Below, piece after piece: positions 52,149 to 61,398 of a stretch of DNA of 64,000 nt. The position numbers and the translations under genes were made by a program. The stretch's first letter is position 1. Each line of letters opens with the position of its first letter. The DNA is taken from NCBI GenBank assembly GCA_012512855.1, contig JAAZDK010000138.1:197-64196 (forward strand), read 5' to 3'. The notes under the pieces were generated by a model. The model worked only from the letters and a program-made list of their open reading frames with translations. It was not told the origin of the DNA and searched no databases. The stretch is from Clostridiales bacterium. GTDB lineage: Bacteria; Bacillota; Clostridia; Lachnospirales; Lachnospiraceae.

Positions 52149-52370
52149 AGGCTTCACCTGCCTGAAATAAATGATATAGCTAATAACTGATATGTAAATA
52201 TAGCCTGCTATATGACAGATGAAAATAAATTTATGGCAGATGAGATTAATGCTTCTCTAAGGCCGGTTATCTGTACTGGATTATTTGCTGCCATATAAGC
52301 CAATATCAAGTAATCTTTTGGCTGACCTTTGCTTATTATATATAGATAGCAATTTCAAAGGAGCAGTAGT

Positions 52371-53411
52371 ATGGCTGTTCTTTATTTGGCCATAGATATT
52401 ACAAAAGAGGGTGGTCGTCATATACTAGGCTGCCTTGATAATGGCAAGCTTAAGCTGGAGGAGGTTTACAGCTTCACAGTCAACTATACAGAAAGGGACG
52501 GGAAAAATCTATGGGATTTACAGGAGATATTCAGGCAGATAAAAGCCGGTATAGCATACTGTAAGGAGATTGGGAAGCTGCCGGTACTGGTAGGGCTTAC
52601 AGCCTGTGACGGATACTTTGTACTCCTTGACAATGATGACAGGGTAATTGATGATATGGTTTTTAGTCTTGATGAGGTACTGGCCGGAGAACCGGATGAG
52701 GGCTATAGCTCCTGTGCAGAAAGGGCAAAGACTTTTCTTATGCTGTCCGATTATTTTAACTTTCTGTTGACGGGCAGAAAGCAATGCGAGTATACGGGTC
52801 TGCTGAGGGAAGGGCTTTTATCCATGGAGACAGGGGATTTGAATGAGGAGATTATAAAAAAACTGTGCCTTAGCAAGGAACATTTTCCTTTGGTGCTGCG
52901 ACCGGGTAATGTAATAAGCAACCTGACCCTTGAGGTAACGGAAGAAGTCGGTTATGACTTTGTAATAATACAGGCGGCATCACAGAAAGCATGCGCAGCT
53001 TTGGCTAAAATACCTGATATCTATAGCGATGTCTTGGGTGATGCTATAAAAGAGGACGGCAAAAGTTCAGAAGGCAGGCCGGATGATGACGGATCAATAG
53101 TGAGCAAAGAGGTAGACAGCAAGGCTGAAGCGGGCAAAGAGGAAGAGGACACTGAAAATAAGGGTAATGATGGTGATATTAATGAAGAAGACAGGATAAG
53201 AAATGAAAGTATAGATGAGGACAGTCAGAAGGAAAATGGGAAGCCGGCTGGCGATGGCTGGAAAATGGAGAAAAAAGAGCCGACTAACAAAGTTGTTGCA
53301 GATGAGCTGAAGGCAGCTATAGGATGTCTGTGCATTCTGATGATTACAAGTCACGAGTTCAGGGATTTTGATGCTGCAAGAGAATGTATAATGAACACAT
53401 TTACGAAATAA
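52371..53411 (+). CDS. Rhamnulokinase-derived protein, catalytically degenerate, with acidic insertion
   Basis: YLAID....GRHILG.L.NGKL.LEEVY, FLMLSDYFNFLLTG...EYT and C-terminal AAIG.L..LM.....F..AR resemble RhaB; phosphate loop and most of FGGY_C missing. Confidence 0.65.
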   Translation: MAVLYLAIDITKEGGRHILGCLDNGKLKLEEVYSFTVNYTERDGKNLWDLQEIFRQIKAGIAYCKEIGKLPVLVGLTACDGYFVLLDNDDRVIDDMVFSLDEVLAGEPDEGYSSCAERAKTFLMLSDYFNFLLTGRKQCEYTGLLREGLLSMETGDLNEEIIKKLCLSKEHFPLVLRPGNVISNLTLEVTEEVGYDFVIIQAASQKACAALAKIPDIYSDVLGDAIKEDGKSSEGRPDDDGSIVSKEVDSKAEAGKEEEDTENKGNDGDINEEDRIRNESIDEDSQKENGKPAGDGWKMEKKEPTNKVVADELKAAIGCLCILMITSHEFRDFDAARECIMNTFTK

Positions 53412-53428
53412 CTAAATAAATCAATGCA

Positions 53429-53454
53429 TGCCTGCCGAAAGTGCAGGCTTTTTT
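53429..53454 (+). terminator. Intrinsic terminator
   Basis: gcctgc-cgaaagt-gcaggc followed by T6. Confidence 0.7.
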
Positions 53455-53460
53455 GCTGGT

Positions 53461-53499
53461 GGTTGACTGCAAAAGCAATCTATTGATTGCTTTCGGCAG
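53461..53499. repeat. GGTTGACTGC hairpin repeat, copy 2
   Basis: ggttgactgcaaaagcaatctattgattgctttcggcag; 38/39 identical to 16179-16217. Confidence 0.85.
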
Positions 53500-53668
53500 G
53501 CAATACTTAATCTAAAACAGAGTGTGCCGGAGACATGGCAAAATCAAAATAGATTTAAGTAAGAAAGAAATGAGACATGTATTTGAGAGGAGAAAAGAGT
53601 TTGTTGACTTTATAAAGAATTCTATCTATATGATAAAAACAGAACAAATATATACATACAAGTAAAAT

Positions 53669-53724
53669 AAATACAGAGCGTGCCAGGAAATTGAATAAGC
53701 TCTTGATTACGTTCTGTTTTGATT
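53669..53724. repeat. ~56-bp hairpin repeat, left copy
   Basis: aaatacagagcgtgccaggaaat...ttgattacgttctgttttgatt; same orientation as 57839-57893. Confidence 0.75.
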
Positions 53725-53764
53725 AGCGGTTGCCACATTAATTGTATTATATTAACAAAAAATG

Positions 53765-53793
53765 TTGACTCTACATAACTAATATGTTATAAT
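53765..53793 (+). promoter_or_regulatory. Strong sigma-A promoter (extended -10) upstream of the peptide gene
   Basis: ttgact-17 bp-tataat with TG at -15/-14. Confidence 0.7.
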
Positions 53794-54043
53794 ATGACAG
53801 ACATTGACATAAAAGTAAATGCATAGCATTATGAAAGAAGGTATATTATGCGGATAAGAGCGCCAAATAAACAAGGACTTATTAGCTGAGTAGTAGGTTG
53901 AAGCACTAATAAGTCCCTGATATTAGTTAAGAGTTACCTTAACAGATATAATATACATTAATTTCATGCTAAAATCAAGGTAATATTTAAATGAAGCTCT
54001 GCTTTGAAGCATTATTTCATGTATAAGGAAAGGAGAGCAATAC

Positions 54044-54320
54044 ATGAAAAAAAGTAATTAAAAGATTAATTGCAGTTTTTGTGTTAGTGACTATTTTTAG
54101 TTCATCATCATTAACAGTGCAGGCAGCATGTTCACATTCTTATGTACTGTATTCAAGTCAATTAGCACATATAAGTTCAGGTTCGCATACATATGGTGGC
54201 GGAGTATGTTACTATACTACATATGGCTATATACATATTTATAAATGCCAATTTTGTGGTAATATAATGTCTTATACTGATACTGTTGAATTTCATAGTT
54301 CATGTGGTGGCAGGGGATAG
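54044..54320 (+). pseudogene. Secreted Cys/His/Tyr-rich peptide (91 aa when restored), frameshifted in an A7 run after the ATG
   Basis: RBS aaggagag + ATG 54044; removing one A gives MKKVIKRLIAVFVLVTIFSSSSLTVQA/ACSHSY...KCQFCG...HSSCGGRG. Confidence 0.75.
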
Positions 54321-54419
54321 ATTATAGCCTATTACATAATAAGTAAAAATATAACAGCAGTAAATGTGTATTCTGGTTATAGAAATAATAATACTAGCTA
54401 AATCTTGTATAATCATGTG

Positions 54420-54478
54420 ATACGGAAATGCTTGCTTATCATTGTACTAAACATATATTAAAGAAAGCATTTCCGTAT
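54420..54478. other. Intra-operon stem-loop with 14-bp perfect arms
   Basis: atacggaaatgctt (54420-54433) / aagcatttccgtat (54465-54478); no U-tract. Confidence 0.6.
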
Positions 54479-54537
54479 TAATATATCATGTGTAAAAACT
54501 AAAGTAGATATCTATATACCGCAAAGAAGGTAAAAAT

Positions 54538-55794
54538 ATGATAAGTTATAGAGTATATCTAAGTGTAATTATTATAATTATTACAAATATGTTTATTTGT
54601 ACCGCCTGCAGCAAAGCAGACAAGCCTAAAAAAATTGATTATAACACAATTATAGAGTTACAGGATAATATTAATAATACTGCTCCTACAGAAAAAGCTA
54701 ATAAAATAACCGGTGATAATGAAACAGAAACTACCCGCGAGGATGAAAAAATGGGTGATTCTTTGAAAACAAAATCAGATACACCAGATTGGGATTGGCC
54801 GGCTGAAATGAATTTTACCGGAGTTAAGTCGGATATGAAGGGATTCAAGCTGGGAAATTTAAGCACAAACATCAAATTGGGAAGTAGAAGATCCTGTCTG
54901 ATTTGTCCTGATATAAAAAATAACACAATTTATTACATGAGTAGAAATGATGGTTTTATTCATAAACAGGAGGATGAAAAGGATACACTGCTTATAGATA
55001 TGCAAGCACATAACTTACAGCTATGGGATAATAAATTATATTTTATAAATATTATTGAAGCTGATTTTTATTTTTCAGGGCCGATTTATAGCTATGATTT
55101 GGAGACAAAAGAACTTGAGCTGATTTTAGATAAGAACGTAGCATCATTTTATATAGACAATTTCGGTATTTATTACACTGAATTGGAACCTCCATGGAAA
55201 TTAAGCGTAAGTCTGCTTGACTTCAATAATCAAATTACATCCTTAGAAAATTACCCATGGGTCGTATCATATAACGAATATCTTCTTACGTCGCTGGATG
55301 GCTATTTATCACTGGTTAATAGATATACTGATGAGATTATTAAAATTATGCCCTTTGAGGATAACGTGCAGGTAATATCAACCATACATATTTTTGAAGA
55401 TATGCTTGTTTTTGCTGTCGATAAAAGTGTGTATATATTAAACCTAAAAACAGGAGAGAAGAGTAAATACAGTGCTGAGCAAGCCGATAAGCTACTGGCG
55501 AAATTGGTATTATTTAGGATAGAAGATTTTGCATTTATTAATAATAATATAGTTGCATCTTATGGGTCGAAGAACTTGTTTAAAATTGATTTAAGCAAAA
55601 ATGAAATACGACATTTTATTAGGATGGATAACGAAAGTTTGTGGTATTCAAATTTGCAAACTGATGGAGAGCGCTTGATTGCATCGATTAATAAGTCTAA
55701 TCCAACATCATGGGATTCTATTGTGATTGGATACGATGAAGTTATATTTCCTACTGAAGGTAATGTGTTATCAAGAAAGGTGTTTGGCAAATGA
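54538..55794 (+). CDS. Lipoprotein with beta-propeller-like domain (DUF5050-like)
   Basis: Lipobox CTAC; beta-rich repeats (IYYM..DGFIHK, NLQLWDNKLYF, IYSYDL). Confidence 0.6.
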   Translation: MISYRVYLSVIIIIITNMFICTACSKADKPKKIDYNTIIELQDNINNTAPTEKANKITGDNETETTREDEKMGDSLKTKSDTPDWDWPAEMNFTGVKSDMKGFKLGNLSTNIKLGSRRSCLICPDIKNNTIYYMSRNDGFIHKQEDEKDTLLIDMQAHNLQLWDNKLYFINIIEADFYFSGPIYSYDLETKELELILDKNVASFYIDNFGIYYTELEPPWKLSVSLLDFNNQITSLENYPWVVSYNEYLLTSLDGYLSLVNRYTDEIIKIMPFEDNVQVISTIHIFEDMLVFAVDKSVYILNLKTGEKSKYSAEQADKLLAKLVLFRIEDFAFINNNIVASYGSKNLFKIDLSKNEIRHFIRMDNESLWYSNLQTDGERLIASINKSNPTSWDSIVIGYDEVIFPTEGNVLSRKVFGK

Positions 55795-57776
55795 AAAAAT
55801 ATTTTTTTGTTTTGATTGTTTTTTCCTTGTTTTTTATCTCCTGTAATAAGAATGAGCTGCAAACTGAAAATCTATCGGAGGATGCTTATTTCATTTATGA
55901 TATTAATGAAAATATAGAATCATTGGATATTGACGAAAATGGAGTGCTGTATTATAAAACCCTTATAAAAGATGAAAATGATACTTTTAAATGTGTTATA
56001 AAAGCACTAGATTTTGACGGTTCAGTTATAAATACATATGAAATTGAAAAGTCTCCGGCACATATTAGTGTTAGAGACGGTAGCTTATATTATGTAGTGC
56101 ATGAGATTAATGGATTGTGTCTGTATAAATATACACTTGATGGCAATGAGTCGGTAAAGCTTACTGATATTACCAATTACTCCGATATTATATACATGAC
56201 GGTGATAGCTGATAAATTATATTTTCTCGGAGTTAACAATAAATATATAAATAAGGACTATACACCGGCTAATCCGGATGATATGTTCAGTTATTCCGGT
56301 GAAGCCATAGCCTGCATAGATTTAAATACTCTAAGCTGTAATGAGCTGGCAATTGACTTACCTATAGCGTTTTCAAAAGCTCCTGATGACAATATCCTAA
56401 TCTATGCTTATGACGAAGAGGGAGGATATTATTTAACCGAGTATAATACGAAGGATGGCAGTTTTTCCGAGAAAACTTATCATAAGATTGAAATGATAAA
56501 CAAATTTGCAGTATATAATGATAAGAAGGATTTTGTTTATCAGAAATCTCGTGATAATACCCTGATTCTGGTATCTGCTTCAATAGATCCGGCTAAGGGA
56601 GAGACAGATCTGCTGCCAGGTGTTAACGGTGGAGCTCATTTGTTATGTCATAATGGTTATATCTACTGTACAAACTTTGATACAACAAAGATAACCAGAA
56701 TAAATGCCGAAGCTTTTATGCAAAACAATAAGAAGATAACTCTGATATGTAGTGATATATACGACTATAATCAGCCGTTTGGATGCGGTTATACAATAAA
56801 ACAAAACATCTTATCTGATGAAGAGATGGCACTGGCATTACTTTCACAGGATAAGAGCTTTGACATTTGCTTTATAAATTCCGGACAGGAAATATCAGAG
56901 AATATAAAAAGTAAAGGATCGTTTTATCCGTTAAATAAAGTAGAGGGTGTTCAGGAATATTTAGATGCCTGCTTCCCGTATATCAGGGAGGCTGCCACCA
57001 ATTCAGACGGGGATATATGGATGCTGCCGATAGCAGTTGATATGCCTGTTATATTCTATAATGAAGCAGTATGTAAAGAAAATGACATATCATTAAAATC
57101 ATCATTGGATTTTGATGAGTTTATTTCCATATTAAAACGATTTAACGAAGACAAGAATTTAAGTGATTTATACTATTATGACTGGGTGGATATTGTCAAT
57201 AATTTCTTTGACCAATATCTGAGCAATAGCAAAGACTTTAACAGTGATGGCTTTAGAAGGCTGGCTGATAATATAAAAAGCGTAATTAAGTACTCAGAGT
57301 ACAGAATGGTAGGAAATTATGGCTTGCTGCCGGAATTTTATTCAAATACCAATAGAAATTATGCCTTCTTTTTCATTGATGATCATGATTTCCAGTATAA
57401 AGCTGCGGACAGAGAAAATATCAGAGCCTGTTCCTTACCTAATATTGCAGGAAATAAAAGCAATATGACAAAATGCTTTTTCTTCTGTGTGAATCCTGAA
57501 TCAAAGAACCTCAAGGAAACCCTCAAATATATAAGCTCATATTGCGAATATATTATGTCACGTAAGGAGCTTATGATATTTAAGGACAGAAGCCTGTATC
57601 CGCAGACAGCGGTGATGGATGACCTTTATGGGATATATTCAAACGGTAGTATACAGTTTACATATCCTAAAGAGCTGTTTATGGATGACTTTAATGCGTA
57701 TTTAAGAGGAGAAAAAGAGCTTGATGACTTTATAAAGGAATCCAATCGCAGACTGGATGTATACCTTAATGAATAA
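55791..57776 (+). CDS. Lipoprotein: propeller-like N-terminus fused to ABC solute-binding-like domain
   Basis: Lipobox FISC; ATGA overlap with upstream gene; SFYPLN...DGDIWMLPIAVD.PVIFYN..., FCVNPESKN...LKYI SBP-like segments. Confidence 0.6.
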   Translation: MKKYFFVLIVFSLFFISCNKNELQTENLSEDAYFIYDINENIESLDIDENGVLYYKTLIKDENDTFKCVIKALDFDGSVINTYEIEKSPAHISVRDGSLYYVVHEINGLCLYKYTLDGNESVKLTDITNYSDIIYMTVIADKLYFLGVNNKYINKDYTPANPDDMFSYSGEAIACIDLNTLSCNELAIDLPIAFSKAPDDNILIYAYDEEGGYYLTEYNTKDGSFSEKTYHKIEMINKFAVYNDKKDFVYQKSRDNTLILVSASIDPAKGETDLLPGVNGGAHLLCHNGYIYCTNFDTTKITRINAEAFMQNNKKITLICSDIYDYNQPFGCGYTIKQNILSDEEMALALLSQDKSFDICFINSGQEISENIKSKGSFYPLNKVEGVQEYLDACFPYIREAATNSDGDIWMLPIAVDMPVIFYNEAVCKENDISLKSSLDFDEFISILKRFNEDKNLSDLYYYDWVDIVNNFFDQYLSNSKDFNSDGFRRLADNIKSVIKYSEYRMVGNYGLLPEFYSNTNRNYAFFFIDDHDFQYKAADRENIRACSLPNIAGNKSNMTKCFFFCVNPESKNLKETLKYISSYCEYIMSRKELMIFKDRSLYPQTAVMDDLYGIYSNGSIQFTYPKELFMDDFNAYLRGEKELDDFIKESNRRLDVYLNE

Positions 57777-57838
57777 ATAGTATCGTCGTTTAAGCATATT
57801 TATTTTCATTTACTTTAGTTTAATACAGAATTCTGTCA

Positions 57839-57893
57839 AAATACGGAGCGTGCCGGGAAATCAAATGAATCCTGGTTACGCTCTGTTTTGATT
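57839..57893. repeat. ~56-bp hairpin repeat, right copy
   Basis: aaatacggagcgtgccgggaaat...ctggttacgctctgttttgatt. Confidence 0.75.
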
Positions 57894-57897
57894 TGCT

Positions 57898-57920
57898 ATT
57901 GACTGCTTTAGACAGTCAAT
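57898..57920. repeat. TTGACTGC palindrome variant
   Basis: attgactg-ctttaga-cagtcaat. Confidence 0.5.
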
Positions 57921-58022
57921 TCGGTTAGGACTTTAGTCTGTCGAGCATGAAACGAGTGTAAACGGATTCTTTTAGCAGTGAATTAATATCATATGATAAA
58001 CCGTATAAATTGAATAATTTAC

Positions 58023-58052
58023 TTGACAGGGCGAATATTTGTTCGATATCAT
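58023..58052 (+). promoter_or_regulatory. Sigma-A promoter with LexA (SOS/Cheo)-like box in the spacer
   Basis: ttgaca(58023)-18 bp-tatcat; cgaatatttgttcg (58032-58045) has one mismatch to CGAAC-N4-GTTCG. Confidence 0.55.
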
Positions 58053-58390
58053 AGTGTTATGAGCATAAATCAGAACTGCTTGTTTAAGGGAATTATGGAC
58101 CAAAATAGATTTTTAGTATATGGCAGGGGAAGGGATAAATATCATATAGGATCGGGGATTGGGGCATGATGGAGATATTCGAAAGTCTTTTTATATTAGA
58201 TACTACATCAGATTATTATATAAAACAATTGTTTGCCCTTCCTGTCGGTGCTAATATATGAGAGGAATGGGTCGGATAGGTATAAAACTAATATAACAGA
58301 AAATTATACTGACATAAGAAAAATTGATGTTGTAATATAGTAAATAGCGGGCTCAAAAACTATATTTTTACAGATTGTTGGGGTGATAAC

Positions 58391-60736
58391 TTGGTTAAGA
58401 AGAAAGAATTACCTTCCGCCTTGTTGAAGTATCTGGAAGGATACCATATTAAAAAAGAAGATATTCTGTTTTTTGCAGAAACAGATATGACTCTTGAGGG
58501 TGAATTTGCACAAGGCTTTGCGGTATTGACAAAAAGCAAGCTGATTATTGTTACTTCTGAACCTGACAGGACGGAGATCCATCAGTTTAAGGGTATCGGA
58601 AGCATACATGAAGCAGCAGTTCGCAAGGATAAGAAATGGTCTGCAAAATTTCTGCCGGTAGAGGAAGTTGAGAGACTTGATGTTCTGAGAACCATATGCG
58701 GCGGAATTTTGTTTTCTACATCCAAAAAGGATCAGCCCGGTCAGGTGCCTGACATACAGCTGACATCATGCACCAATATGCGGATCGGTGAGATGCTCAG
58801 GCTGGTGAAGCTCTACGACAAGCTAAAGGAGAACGGCCAGCTGACGGAAGAGGATTTACATACAGATGAAGTGGAGGAATATTGTCCGAAATGCGGAACC
58901 ATGTATCCTGACAAGGACCGCAAGATTTGCCCCAAATGTATGGATCGCAAATCCACCTTTGTCCGTTCGCTCGGGTTTTTCAAACCGCATATCGGCAAGA
59001 TATTATTCTTATTCTTCTGCTTCCTGATTACATCAGCATTGAACATCATCTGGCCTTATTTCAGCGGTACAGTCCTGTATGATAAGGTTCTGGGGAAGAA
59101 TGAGAAATTTCTTGAGTTTCTTGGCAATCCCAATATGAAATTTGCAACAGCCCTTGCCATAATTGTTGTGGTTATGTTTTTAACAAAGGTGATACAGCAG
59201 CTTATAAGCATAATCCATGGCATTTTGGTTGCAAAGATAGTTCCGAATGTTGTTAAGGACTTAAGGATAAAGGTATTTGACTCAATGGGCAAGCTGTCCA
59301 TCAGCTTTTACAACAACCGCCAGACAGGAAGCCTTATGACCCGTGTACTGAGCGACGCGGATCGTGTGACATACTTTTACATTGACGGTCTTCCATATAT
59401 AGTCATTAATGTGCTGTCCTTTATAGTTACAGCCGTGTTAATGTTTTCTATCAACTGGAAGCTGGCAATAATATCACTGATTTTTGTTCCGGTGCTGTTT
59501 ACCATCAGCTTCAGGCTGCTGCCCAGACTCTGGCATTTTTACGGAAAAAGGCATAGGGCGGAAAGAAGCATGAACTCCCGTCTTAATGATAACCTTACAG
59601 GAGCCCGTGTCGTAAAAGCCTTTGGTCAGCAGGGCAGTGAAATAGAGCGTTTTGAGAACAGCAATCAGAGAGTACGGAATGCTGAGCTTTCATTGGTCAG
59701 CTTTGATAATAAATTTTACGCAATCTATGTTACCTTTGAAAGACTGGCATCACTGGTTGCATGGGGCTTTTGCTCATATTTTGTACTGCAAAACGATATG
59801 GAGCTGGGTACGCTGGTTACCTTTACAAGCTATGTGTATCAGCTGAACGGCCCGCTGGATTTCATGTCTTTTGCCTTCAGGTGGTTTACCGACACCATGA
59901 ACAGCCAGCAGCGCATGTTCGAAATTATAGACGCTATTCCGGAGGTTACTGAAAGACCGGATGCCATACATCTTGATAATATCAAGGGTGATATAGAGCT
60001 TAGAAACGTGACCTTCGGTTATGAACCCAATAAGCCTATTTTAAAGAATATTAATTTGAAGATAGAAGGTGGCTCGATGCTTGGTATAGTGGGCCGTTCG
60101 GGAGCAGGAAAGTCCACCCTGGTTAATCTTATATCAAGGCTTTATGATCCCCAGGAGGGTGAGATATATCTTGACGGAATTAATATTAAGGATATAGCCT
60201 TTGCTGATCTGCGCAGAAATGTTGCCATGGTTTCGCAGGAAACCTATATTTTCATGGGAACCGTAGCTGAAAACATTGCCTATGCCAATCCTAAAGCTAC
60301 CAGGGAGGACATTATAAATGCTGCAGTATTGGCCAGCGCCCATGACTTTATCTGCAAAATGCCTGACGGCTATGATACGGTAATCGGTTCGGCCGGCAGG
60401 AATCTGTCGGGTGGTGAAAGGCAGCGTATCTCAATTGCAAGGGCGATTTTGGCCAACCCGAAGATTTTAATCCTGGATGAGGCTACTGCTTCTGTCGACA
60501 CGGAAACAGAGAAAGCGATACAGGCATCAATTAATATGCTGATAAAGGGCAGAACAACCATATCAATAGCCCACAGGCTTTCCACCCTGCGTGATGCCAA
60601 CAGGCTGGTGGTTATTGATGACGGAGAGATAACCGAGGAAGGAACTCATGCCGAATTAATGGAGAAGAAAGGAACATACTATAAGCTGAGGCAGCTGCAG
60701 ACCAAGGCCCTCGCTTTACGTGGAATTGTTGAATAG
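58391..60736 (+). CDS. ABC exporter with N-terminal extension and CxxC/CxxC knuckle
   Basis: YCPKCGTMYPDKDRKICPKC before the TMD; GRSGAGKST, LSGGERQR, ILDEATASVD. Confidence 0.9.
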   Translation: MVKKKELPSALLKYLEGYHIKKEDILFFAETDMTLEGEFAQGFAVLTKSKLIIVTSEPDRTEIHQFKGIGSIHEAAVRKDKKWSAKFLPVEEVERLDVLRTICGGILFSTSKKDQPGQVPDIQLTSCTNMRIGEMLRLVKLYDKLKENGQLTEEDLHTDEVEEYCPKCGTMYPDKDRKICPKCMDRKSTFVRSLGFFKPHIGKILFLFFCFLITSALNIIWPYFSGTVLYDKVLGKNEKFLEFLGNPNMKFATALAIIVVVMFLTKVIQQLISIIHGILVAKIVPNVVKDLRIKVFDSMGKLSISFYNNRQTGSLMTRVLSDADRVTYFYIDGLPYIVINVLSFIVTAVLMFSINWKLAIISLIFVPVLFTISFRLLPRLWHFYGKRHRAERSMNSRLNDNLTGARVVKAFGQQGSEIERFENSNQRVRNAELSLVSFDNKFYAIYVTFERLASLVAWGFCSYFVLQNDMELGTLVTFTSYVYQLNGPLDFMSFAFRWFTDTMNSQQRMFEIIDAIPEVTERPDAIHLDNIKGDIELRNVTFGYEPNKPILKNINLKIEGGSMLGIVGRSGAGKSTLVNLISRLYDPQEGEIYLDGINIKDIAFADLRRNVAMVSQETYIFMGTVAENIAYANPKATREDIINAAVLASAHDFICKMPDGYDTVIGSAGRNLSGGERQRISIARAILANPKILILDEATASVDTETEKAIQASINMLIKGRTTISIAHRLSTLRDANRLVVIDDGEITEEGTHAELMEKKGTYYKLRQLQTKALALRGIVE

Positions 60737-60750
60737 AATGGAGGATGTAT

Positions 60751-61332
60751 ATGCCTAAGAAAGCTGATGAATTTTTTAAAGAGCTGGCTGATGAGGAGTT
60801 TGACCTTGCGCAGATGGAAAAGGAAACTGAGGAAATGCTGAGACTGCGCTATCTTAATTCAGAAAATGCGGTGTTTGAGCGCACTGAGGGTGGCTTTGTA
60901 TCCCTTAGAATGGGAGATGAGTTCTATCCCCGCGTGCAGGTATATCAGTCGTTTCCCTTTACTGATCCTTATAGCTATATATCAATACGCGAGCCTGATG
61001 AAAAGGCAAAGGAAATAGGAATTATCAAGGATTTGCGCACAGATGTCAGCAAGGAAACCAGGCAGATGCTGGAGGAACAGCTGAGACTGCGCTATTTCAC
61101 ACCGATTATAAAGAGGATTAACAATATCAAGGATGAATACGGCTTTGCCTACTTTGATGTACTGACTGATCATGGAGCCTGCCGCTTTACGATACATATG
61201 GGAGGCAGCTCTGTGGTGCATCTGTCTGATACACGTCTGCTGATTACCGATCTTGACGGCAACCGTTTTGAAATCCCTGATGTTACAAAGCTGACGACGG
61301 CTGAACTGAAGAAGCTGGATTTATTCCTGTAA
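60751..61332 (+). CDS. DUF1854-family protein
   Basis: FP.TDP..YISI.....EIGII.DL, L.LRYF.P.I..I, YFDV.TDHG, LLITD.DGNRF.IPD...L pattern; sits between the two ABC genes. Confidence 0.8.
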   Translation: MPKKADEFFKELADEEFDLAQMEKETEEMLRLRYLNSENAVFERTEGGFVSLRMGDEFYPRVQVYQSFPFTDPYSYISIREPDEKAKEIGIIKDLRTDVSKETRQMLEEQLRLRYFTPIIKRINNIKDEYGFAYFDVLTDHGACRFTIHMGGSSVVHLSDTRLLITDLDGNRFEIPDVTKLTTAELKKLDLFL

Positions 61333-61398
61333 GATCTGTAAAAGCCGGATTTATACAGTGTTTTGGATGCAGTTAGAATGCATCATGGAGGGGATATT

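Noticed and set aside
54081-54320. 79-aa ORF starting at GTG 54081 as listed in the track
   Set aside because: No RBS and it starts mid-signal-peptide; the real start is ATG 54044 with a frameshift
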